From a virus (lineage: Duplodnaviria > Caudoviricetes), in the IMG/VR virus record IMGVR_UViG_3300032087_000658, positions 1 through 53,415 of that record: a stretch of DNA of 53,415 nucleotides, one strand, 5' to 3'. Below the pieces are notes generated by a model. The model made no database searches and was not told the origin of the DNA. It saw only the letters and a program-made list of their open reading frames with translations. Shown here in pieces: positions 45,865 through 53,415 of the stretch (position 1 is the stretch's first letter; the number at the start of each line of letters is the position of its first letter). The translations under genes and the position numbers were made by a program.

Positions 45865-46521
45865 TTATCCCAGTGCCATTAAAGATGATGAACCTAATCC
45901 TCTGTGTACAACATAAGGTGCATACAAACTTCTTAACATAGGTGGATAAGGTAACTTAGCATCATACATATCTCCTCTGTGTTCATAAAGATATGCTATG
46001 TGTTGTAGTATTCCTAATCTTAGTGGTTCAGGTATGTTGTATTGTGATGTGTAACCTGCTACGTATTTAACTTCTATAGCGTTTGCTACTCTTAATGCAG
46101 TTGGAAAAGTAGCACCAGTTCTTAAAACTACTCTTGCTGGTTCTCTAGCGTTATCTACATAATAATCTGTACTAGCAAAGGTAGTTGCTGTATCTGAATC
46201 ATCATAAGTCTTTATATGTGTAACAGAAGCTACTGGTGATCTCGGTAAAACTACATAATTTTTATAGTAATTTAAGTATGGACCAGTACGTACACCTTCC
46301 CATAAAGGGTCACTTATATCTTCAAATGCATCAATAAATAATGTTAGAGTTTGTGTCATTAATGCTCTACCAGTATGTTCCTCACAAAACCTTCTAGCTG
46401 TTTCTATGAAAGGTCTTATGATTCTTTCATCAGTAGAATCATCAACTCGTAAATATTCTTTGACTTCTTGTAATGTGACTGGCTCTTGGGTTGGCTCTAC
46501 GCTTACTTTTAATCCTGCCAT
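45865..46521 (-). CDS. Head-tail connector (HK97 gp6-like)
   Basis: EPVTLQEVKEYLRVD, CEEHTGRALMTQ, YVAGY, LYEHRGD; start re-called at 46521. Confidence 0.92.
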   Translation of the reverse strand: MAGLKVSVEPTQEPVTLQEVKEYLRVDDSTDERIIRPFIETARRFCEEHTGRALMTQTLTLFIDAFEDISDPLWEGVRTGPYLNYYKNYVVLPRSPVASVTHIKTYDDSDTATTFASTDYYVDNAREPARVVLRTGATFPTALRVANAIEVKYVAGYTSQYNIPEPLRLGILQHIAYLYEHRGDMYDAKLPYPPMLRSLYAPYVVHRGLGSSSLMALG

Positions 46522-46721
46522 TAGACAAATGCTCCTATGACTTGTGAAGCTATGATTAAAGCATATAAACCCCAAATCTGTTGTTCTATACGAATAAATC
46601 GTTTAGAACCTGCTTCCATACGTCTTTCTATGTTTTCGTATCGTAAAGCACAAATTTGTTCGTGCAATTCCAACTTTGTGAGATCAGTTGGATTTTTTAT
46701 CTCCACTTTCGGCATCTTCAT
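46521..46721 (-). CDS. Small coiled-coil protein with C-terminal TM
   Basis: HEQICALRY...RIEQQIWGLYALII. Confidence 0.6.
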   Translation of the reverse strand: MKMPKVEIKNPTDLTKLELHEQICALRYENIERRMEAGSKRFIRIEQQIWGLYALIIASQVIGAFV

Positions 46722-46992
46722 TACTTGCTTCCATTTCTTCAGGCAAATTGTTTTTTAACTCTGCCATGTAATGATTTATAAGTGCATCTGCTTTTTCTAT
46801 TTCAAATTGTGCGTTTGCAACTAAATCATTTTTTTGTTTTTGTATAATGGCAAGTTTGTTGTAAATTACTTTACCTTCATCGGACATATCGTCTATTAGG
46901 TATTTCTTTTCAACGTCTTTGTCATCTACCTTTTCAGTAAGTGTTAAAACCTTTGGTTCTTCGTTTACTGTGTTGTTATTAGCTTCTGCCAT
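46684..46992 (-). CDS. Acidic coiled-coil hypothetical protein following the fibre genes
   Basis: AGGAG SD; TGATAGACT extended -10 candidate at 47019-47027. Confidence 0.7.
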   Translation of the reverse strand: MAEANNNTVNEEPKVLTLTEKVDDKDVEKKYLIDDMSDEGKVIYNKLAIIQKQKNDLVANAQFEIEKADALINHYMAELKNNLPEEMEASNEDAESGDKKSN

Positions 46993-47024
46993 AATTAATT
47001 CTCCTAATTAAAAGTATTAGTCTA

Positions 47025-48989
47025 TCATTCATTTTCTAATGTTTCTATTCTTGATTTTAAATCTTCTATAATTACTTGTTGTTCTTGTATAGCTTTTATT
47101 AAGTAGGGTGTAAGTTTTCCGTAATCAACACCAAAAGGTTCTTCGGTTACATCATCTCCACCTTCTATAACAACATTAGGAATTACATCTTTTAATTCTT
47201 GTGCAATCATACCAATATCATGTTTACTACTACTTTTCCAATCAAATTCTCTTACTTTTACATTTTTAATTACATCTAATTGAGAAGAAGCATCAACAAT
47301 ATTTTCTTTAAGTCTTTCATCAGAAGTTGTATTAAAAAGTACTGAACTTGCACCATTTTGTGATACTGAACCAATATTTCCACCACCATCATAAAAAGCT
47401 ATAAATTTTCCTTGTGAATCAGTATCAACACTAAATGTACATCTTAATATGTGGTTACTTGTAGCAACCGAAACATCAGGGTCAATAAAATTGACTACAC
47501 CACCACTTATACTATTACCTGCAACTTGTAAAAAACTGCCATAGCTACTACCATCAAAACCATTAGTCATACGCCCACTACTATCAATACGCCATCTTTC
47601 TGTTGTGCCACCAGCATAAAATCTTAAATCAGCACTATTAAATGCTTGTCCTGTTGAAGCTATACCAGCACCTTCACTAGAAGTACCAGCAGTAAAACTA
47701 ATTTTTGCCCCATCATTTACTGATGTTCCTGCATGATTTAGGTTTAATGCTTTAAGAACTCCTGAACCACCACTACCTGCTCTTTTTATTGAAACTTCTC
47801 CCACACTATCAATACGCATTCTTTCTGTGCCGTTAGTATGAACCTGAAAGTCGTTTGTACCATTTCTTAATCTTGTAAGACTACTAGTATTAGCAGATTG
47901 CATCGTAATATCACAATTAGAATTACCAGTAACAAAGTTTGCTGATACAGGACTTGCTGAAGATGTGGTCTGTGTGATTGTTCCATTAGAATCAATACGC
48001 ATTCTTTCTGTTACTGTTGGGTCTCCAGTTGTTGCTGCTGAATTAGAAAATATTACATTACCTTCAACAAACTGCATTGCAACACCTGCTGTAGCATTAG
48101 AGCCATCTCTAACCCTAAAATTACCTGCTGAATTGTAAAAAAGATTATCTAATAGTGCTGTTTGCCCAGTGCTTGAACCAGTATCATTAGCTAAAAGTGT
48201 TCCTCTAGCACCAATTTGTAATACATCATGCCCTGCAAATCTATTAGTTTGTGGAACTACACCTATACCAAAGGCACCTGAAGAATCAACTGTAACCCTA
48301 GATTCAGGAGTGCTACCTGTCCATATTTGAACAGAGGTGTCACCACCTAAAATTAAATTACCACCAGCAACACCTTGTCCATCAGCTCTTATGTGATATA
48401 AACCATTAGCATCCATGTAATGTTGACCATACAAAGTAGTAGAATTATATCTAAGTGCTAGTGTATTATTTGAGCCATTCCCTGTTCCAATAGTTCCATG
48501 TTGAATTTCTAATGAGTTTGCTGGATTTGTTAATCCAATTCCAACTCTATTATTTGTAGCATCAACAACTAAAGTAGAAGTATCAACAGTCAAGCCATCA
48601 GCAACAACTGTACCTGTTACACTAACCCCTGCACTGCTTGTCGCTAGTTTTACAGCATTATCGTGATAAAGAGATACTGCACCATCAGCTGTACAAACTA
48701 TGCTTTCCTCGTTGAGTTTTGCTTGTATGTGTACTGAACCATTGGTATCAGCTAAATAGATATTACCTGTGGAATTGCTGATATAAGAATTAGAACCATC
48801 GTGGTAGATCTCAAGATCTCCACCAGTACCTATCTTTATCTTATCGTTGTCTCCCATAATCATATGGGTAGCTAGTGTTAGTTCACCTGTGACACCTAAA
48901 GTTCCTGAGATCGCTATATTAGTATCTAACTTAGCACTGGTTACTGCTCCGTCTACTATTAACTCTGTTGGTACTAATGTATATGCCAT
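47025..48989 (-). CDS. Fibre protein with C-terminal intramolecular chaperone (peptidase S74)
   Basis: ERMRIDS repeats; TSDERLKENI, GMIAQEL, VDYGKL, KAIQEQQ. Confidence 0.9.
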   Translation of the reverse strand: MAYTLVPTELIVDGAVTSAKLDTNIAISGTLGVTGELTLATHMIMGDNDKIKIGTGGDLEIYHDGSNSYISNSTGNIYLADTNGSVHIQAKLNEESIVCTADGAVSLYHDNAVKLATSSAGVSVTGTVVADGLTVDTSTLVVDATNNRVGIGLTNPANSLEIQHGTIGTGNGSNNTLALRYNSTTLYGQHYMDANGLYHIRADGQGVAGGNLILGGDTSVQIWTGSTPESRVTVDSSGAFGIGVVPQTNRFAGHDVLQIGARGTLLANDTGSSTGQTALLDNLFYNSAGNFRVRDGSNATAGVAMQFVEGNVIFSNSAATTGDPTVTERMRIDSNGTITQTTSSASPVSANFVTGNSNCDITMQSANTSSLTRLRNGTNDFQVHTNGTERMRIDSVGEVSIKRAGSGGSGVLKALNLNHAGTSVNDGAKISFTAGTSSEGAGIASTGQAFNSADLRFYAGGTTERWRIDSSGRMTNGFDGSSYGSFLQVAGNSISGGVVNFIDPDVSVATSNHILRCTFSVDTDSQGKFIAFYDGGGNIGSVSQNGASSVLFNTTSDERLKENIVDASSQLDVIKNVKVREFDWKSSSKHDIGMIAQELKDVIPNVVIEGGDDVTEEPFGVDYGKLTPYLIKAIQEQQVIIEDLKSRIETLENE

Positions 48990-48990
48990 A

Positions 48991-51765
48991 TTATTCCTTT
49001 AGTTCCTGTATTTCTTGCTTAAGTGTTTCAATCTGTGCTTGTTGTTCTTGTATAGCTTTTACAAGTAATGGAGTTATTCTTCCGTAGTCCATGCTTTGCA
49101 TTTGTTCGCCATCTTTTTCATGACTTACAGCATCAGGAAATATTTCTTGTACTTCATGTGCAATGAAACCTTCACTAGATGTGCCATCTTCTTTCCAATC
49201 AAATTGAACAGGATTTAATTCGTTTAATCTTTGTAATCCATTTTCAAGAGGTTGTATGTTTTCTTTTAATCTGTAGTCTGAAGATGTGGCATAAGTAGTT
49301 GAAGTTGAACTTACTTGTATTTGACCTTTACTTGCATTATTTTGTCTAAAATCTATAAGATATGTAGCACCACTAGAGTTGTTGTTATTGTATGTAAAAC
49401 ATTCATTTGTTGATGTGAGATTAAATGCTAAACCACCTGTACCACTACCTCCAAACTCACATCCAGTATTTGTACTACCTCCTGATGTTTTTCCAATAAG
49501 CAATCCTCCTGAAGAATCAATACGCATTTTTTCTGTTGAAGAATTACCTGTAGCAAACAAAATATTATCAAAAGACCTAATTCCAAAGTCATCAACATCA
49601 CCTAAACTAAAACCACCACCTGAACCAACAAAATGTTTAACACTTCCACTTGCTAAAAATCTTGCATGAGAACCATTAGCATTTCCTGAATCAATATATA
49701 AAACAGCATCAGTAGAAGCATCATAAATATGAGTTTTTACTGAAGGACTACTAGTTCCAATTCCAACGTTGCCTGAAGAATCAATACGTACCTTTTCTGA
49801 ATTACCTGTATATAAAGCAAAATCTAAAGGAGATATACTTCCTACATAAGGTATTCCACTACGAATACCAGCCGCCATCTGACCATAATCATTTTGAGCA
49901 AGTATTGTTTTATTTTCACCAGTACCTGAATAATTTGCTAAAGATACATTACCAGCAACATCTAATTTTGTAGAAGGACTAGTCGTTCCAATTCCAACGT
50001 TGCCGCCATCTGTAATGACCATTTGACCACCAGCATCAGATAAACTGTTGTAATTAAATCTTAGAGTATTAGAACTTCCTGATTGATAAATGTAAAAAGG
50101 ATTTGTATTACCAGCATTAATTTTTAAACCAGCATGAACATAAGCGTTAGAGTTGGTTTGAGCTATTGTTACTAAAGCATCGCCACCACCTACTGCTGGT
50201 TGGAATTTACCGCTTCCAACAACATCTAAAGGAGTAGAAGGACTGCTCGTGCCAATTCCAACGTTTCCTGAAGAATCAATGCGAAGCCTCTCACTCATAG
50301 TTCCATTGAGCCTTGTTGAGAAAGCTAAATCAGCAGTTCTATTAGCACTAACAGAAAAATCTTCTATAGCTATAGATGATATTTGCGAACCTGCAACATT
50401 ATTAGCTGGTGCAAGATATAAATTAGCAGTATTGCCTGTAGTTGCATTTGTGTTAGTTATATAAACATTAGAAGTTGTTGCATTAGAACTTCTTAAAAAT
50501 GCTATATCTGAAGCTGAGTCTGTTATGTCTAAACCATCACCAACAATTTCACCTGTTACGTCTATGCCTGTTGAAGTTGTTTCTAATTTTGTTGCACCAT
50601 CAAAATTAATTCTTACACTATCGTTTTTTTGTGCACGAATCATTTGTTCGCCTTCATTACTTTCTAATATAACGTATGCAGCACCTTGTATTTTTAAATT
50701 TCCAGTACCAGCATCTTTTATATAACTATGACTACCATCATGGTAAATCTGTAAATCTGAGCCTGTACCAAACTTAGCTATAGCGTTATCTGGCATATTG
50801 AGATGGCTAGATATTTTTACTTCACCAACAATATCTACGGGCACGGATGGCGTTGCTGTTCCTAGACCCACTCTTGAGTTAGCGTTGTCAACTACGAAGG
50901 TTGGTGAATCAAAAGCAACATCTCCTGTTACTGTAAGATCCGCAGGCATAGTAATGTTTCCAGATAGCTTTGCACTAGTTACAGTGCCATCGCTTGGTGT
51001 TCCTATGTTGACTGGATTAATAACATAAACGGTTACACCAAAGTCTGCTGTAACTCCGTCTGTTATTGTTAGTGTTTGATTTGATATAGTGTAAGCATCT
51101 TGATCTTGAAATACACCATCAATAAAAACTAATAAGTTATCTTCTGCTGCTGGAGCATCTGATAATGTGAAATCTGTTTGTGGATTACCACCAACATCTG
51201 CTGCGGTAAAAGTATCTACGGTAAGATTAGAAGACTGTAGGTTAATTAAGTTATCAACTATAACTTCTAACGCCATGCCGTTTGGCGGGGCTGCATCAAA
51301 TGTTAAGGTGCTACCACTAAAAGAGAAAGTATCATGATGTTGCATAACACCATTTAAAAAGACCATAGCGTTTGCTTCTACACTAGGGTCTATACCTATA
51401 TCGTAATCTGTAGCACTTGATGCTGTGGTGGTATTATAAACTGTTTGGTTTGCAGACTTAGCTGCAATGTTTTCTTGTATGTCTGTTAGTAACCCTGCGG
51501 TTGCTCTTAACTCAGCAGAATCTCCAGAGCTAAATGCTCTTGCAGAAGTATTATCCACACCCCTAACGATGGTAAGGGTATTACCACTTCTTGCAGTAAC
51601 CTTAACAATCTCATTGTTGCTTCCATCATCAAAAGTACAATAGAAATACTCACCTGCACCTAGAGTAGGAAAAACCGAACCATCAACAACTGATGCACTT
51701 GTAGCTACATTAGTTAGAGATGATGCAAGAGTTGTCTTGGCATTGTTAGTGAACTTAACAGCCAT
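48991..51765 (-). CDS. Fibre protein with C-terminal intramolecular chaperone (peptidase S74)
   Basis: RIDSSGNVGIGTSSP repeats; SSDYRLKENI, GFIAHEVQ, MDYGRI. Confidence 0.9.
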   Translation of the reverse strand: MAVKFTNNAKTTLASSLTNVATSASVVDGSVFPTLGAGEYFYCTFDDGSNNEIVKVTARSGNTLTIVRGVDNTSARAFSSGDSAELRATAGLLTDIQENIAAKSANQTVYNTTTASSATDYDIGIDPSVEANAMVFLNGVMQHHDTFSFSGSTLTFDAAPPNGMALEVIVDNLINLQSSNLTVDTFTAADVGGNPQTDFTLSDAPAAEDNLLVFIDGVFQDQDAYTISNQTLTITDGVTADFGVTVYVINPVNIGTPSDGTVTSAKLSGNITMPADLTVTGDVAFDSPTFVVDNANSRVGLGTATPSVPVDIVGEVKISSHLNMPDNAIAKFGTGSDLQIYHDGSHSYIKDAGTGNLKIQGAAYVILESNEGEQMIRAQKNDSVRINFDGATKLETTSTGIDVTGEIVGDGLDITDSASDIAFLRSSNATTSNVYITNTNATTGNTANLYLAPANNVAGSQISSIAIEDFSVSANRTADLAFSTRLNGTMSERLRIDSSGNVGIGTSSPSTPLDVVGSGKFQPAVGGGDALVTIAQTNSNAYVHAGLKINAGNTNPFYIYQSGSSNTLRFNYNSLSDAGGQMVITDGGNVGIGTTSPSTKLDVAGNVSLANYSGTGENKTILAQNDYGQMAAGIRSGIPYVGSISPLDFALYTGNSEKVRIDSSGNVGIGTSSPSVKTHIYDASTDAVLYIDSGNANGSHARFLASGSVKHFVGSGGGFSLGDVDDFGIRSFDNILFATGNSSTEKMRIDSSGGLLIGKTSGGSTNTGCEFGGSGTGGLAFNLTSTNECFTYNNNNSSGATYLIDFRQNNASKGQIQVSSTSTTYATSSDYRLKENIQPLENGLQRLNELNPVQFDWKEDGTSSEGFIAHEVQEIFPDAVSHEKDGEQMQSMDYGRITPLLVKAIQEQQAQIETLKQEIQELKE

Positions 51766-51784
51766 TCAGTTAACTCCTGTAGAA

Positions 51785-52210
51785 TTAACTGACTGTTACA
51801 GTCCAAGTAATTGTCATTGAGTCAGCAGAACCCTTATTAACAACCGAGAAAACCGTTCTACAAAGTAATGTACCTGATGAAGAGGCATTTAAAATACCAG
51901 CTTCAGTAATTGCACCTGTACCAGTACCAGCACCAAAAGTTGCAACATATTCAACTTCGTTACTAGTAACAGTAGTAGATGTTAACGATACACGGCCAGC
52001 TTCAGACCCTAAAGCTGCATCAGATGCTGACGCTGCTGTTGAGTCAGTACCAATAGCCATGTGTGACATAGCAGTAGCTGTTGCATCTTTCATTCTGGAA
52101 GCAACGTATTCCTTCCCGTCTGTTACAACAACGTTTGGTATTTCTTGAACAGTATCTCCGTTAATGGCGATCTTTAACTTACCTGTAAGTTTTAATCCGT
52201 CTTTTAACAT
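51785..52210 (-). CDS. Virion structural protein
   Basis: NVVVTDG, HMAIGT, GAITEAGI, VVNKG, TITWTVT pattern seen in fibre clusters. Confidence 0.7.
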   Translation of the reverse strand: MLKDGLKLTGKLKIAINGDTVQEIPNVVVTDGKEYVASRMKDATATAMSHMAIGTDSTAASASDAALGSEAGRVSLTSTTVTSNEVEYVATFGAGTGTGAITEAGILNASSSGTLLCRTVFSVVNKGSADSMTITWTVTVS

Positions 52211-52220
52211 TTATAGTCTC

Positions 52221-53415
52221 CTAATTTAATACACTAGTGTTTAATGCCGAAGTATTTAAAACTCCTGAACCTCCAGGAATAAATGAAATACTAATCGACT
52301 CAGTTATTGTAGCACTATCTGATAAAGATTTGCTAAAACTATGCACTAATATTTCAGACAATAAAGCAGTATCTGCTTTTGTCAAGCCTGTGCTTACAAG
52401 GGGTGCGTCAGATAGTGTCGCAGTGTCTGCAACTACTGAAGAAACTAGTAAAGCAGCTGCCTCAGAAAGTGTCATACTGTCAGAAGCACCAGTAGAAAAG
52501 CTAAAACTAGAAGTTTCAGATATAGCCACAGAGTCTGTTTTACCTAAACTTGGAGATAAAACTGCTGTTTCAGACATAGTTAAAGTGTCAGAAGAAGCTT
52601 TATCTACAGTTAAACTAGAGTCTTCTCCCATAGATACAGAAGCTGTAATTGCAGGTTTATCAATAGAGAATGAAGATACCTCTGTAAGAGTTGCTACATT
52701 CTCTTTATCTAAGTTAGTATCAGTCTGTAAAACGTCTGTAACACTTGCTAAATCATCTAAAGTAAAGGCATCGGTAAAGGTACGAATAAAGGTAACTACA
52801 CGACTAAAACTCTCAGATATAGCAACACTATCGGTTTTAGTTAAACTAGGTGTTAATATAGCTGATTCAGAAAGTGTCATACTTTCTGTTTTAACTAGAG
52901 CAGGACTTAAAACAGCAGCCTCTGATAGCGTCATACTGTCAGTTTTTATACTAGAAAAACTAAAACTATCGGTATCAGTAAAAGAAATACTATCTGTTTT
53001 TACTAAACTTGGTCCTAATACAGCAGTTTCAGATAATGTACTACTATCATCAAACGCTGTACTAAATGCTTTTGCAATGTCTTCTGTAATAGTAGCTGTA
53101 TCAGATTTACCTAAATTTGTATCTAAACTATCTATAGCATCACTAAAGGTGTAGTTGTCACTGAAAACTCTTATAAAAAGCACACTCTTTTCTAAATCTT
53201 CAGTAAGCGTTGTGGTGTCAGAAACAGTTTTACCCAAATCTTTTACTGCAGCTTCTGTTAGGGTTGTAGTATCTGTTTTAGCTAAATCAACAGCAAACGT
53301 TGCAACTTCAGATAGCGTTACAACTTGAACCTGATCAGAATCATATTGTGAAGTAAAATAAAGATTTTTAGTATCTGCATCTAGTATTACATTTACAGCC
53401 GACAAATCTACGTAC
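52221..53415 (-). CDS. Ser/Thr/Asp-rich repeat structural protein, 5' end outside the window
   Basis: About 19-aa (K/S)TD(S/T)x(T/S)(L/I)SE repeats; frame stays open to the window edge. Confidence 0.75.
   Translation of the reverse strand, partial: YVDLSAVNVILDADTKNLYFTSQYDSDQVQVVTLSEVATFAVDLAKTDTTTLTEAAVKDLGKTVSDTTTLTEDLEKSVLFIRVFSDNYTFSDAIDSLDTNLGKSDTATITEDIAKAFSTAFDDSSTLSETAVLGPSLVKTDSISFTDTDSFSFSSIKTDSMTLSEAAVLSPALVKTESMTLSESAILTPSLTKTDSVAISESFSRVVTFIRTFTDAFTLDDLASVTDVLQTDTNLDKENVATLTEVSSFSIDKPAITASVSMGEDSSLTVDKASSDTLTMSETAVLSPSLGKTDSVAISETSSFSFSTGASDSMTLSEAAALLVSSVVADTATLSDAPLVSTGLTKADTALLSEILVHSFSKSLSDSATITESISISFIPGGSGVLNTSALNTSVLN

Noticed and set aside
43676-46521. Gene transfer agent, given the GTA-like neck, tail and terminase genes
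   Set aside because: Own replication, recombination, early and lysis genes and no flanking host genes indicate a true phage
47025-51765. Diversity-generating retroelement or invertible fibre cassette
   Set aside because: No reverse transcriptase or invertase, and no adenine-specific TR/VR pair seen
52237-53154. 305-aa plus-strand ORF
   Set aside because: Antisense shadow of the repeat protein, caused by its codon bias
1-53415. tRNA genes, integrase/att sites, alternative genetic code
   Set aside because: No cloverleaf or recombinase motifs seen by eye; genes tile fully with standard stop codons

Overview
This window is most of the genome of a low-GC (roughly one third G+C, estimated by eye) tailed phage with an HK97-type head and a non-contractile tail. 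It most likely infects a Gram-negative aquatic host: it encodes spanin-like genes and a UV-repair glycosylase, and its gene style resembles marine metagenomic phages. Both ends break inside minus-strand structural genes, so the two ends probably join through a missing stretch. Minus-strand blocks: (1) terS-terL-portal-gpF/gp7-protease-MCP-giant fibre; (2) repeat protein-two chaperone-tipped fibres-neck-tail-TMP-Dit-hub-tip, then a curli cassette (csgF, csgG, curlin-like gene, FecR protein, CHASE2 adenylyl cyclase) running into spanins, holin-like gene, SNase and endolysin; (3) Cro-like HTH, short initiator, Twinkle-type primase-helicase, methyltransferase and an IbrA/IbrB-like pair. Plus-strand units: amidoligase + GGCT, a recombination and small-ORF operon, and a denV-like gene; three plus-strand promoters share a motif. 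No integrase, DNA polymerase, tRNA or CRISPR array was seen. Best candidate for an undescribed system: a phage-encoded trans-envelope signalling chain (curli pore, curlin, FecR, CHASE2 cyclase) placed inside the lysis module. Two further signals read from the sequence: GATC survives almost only as GAGATC/GATCTC, and the hairpins ending two plus-strand operons expose anti-Shine-Dalgarno loops. All family calls come from motif recognition by eye; no database search was run.
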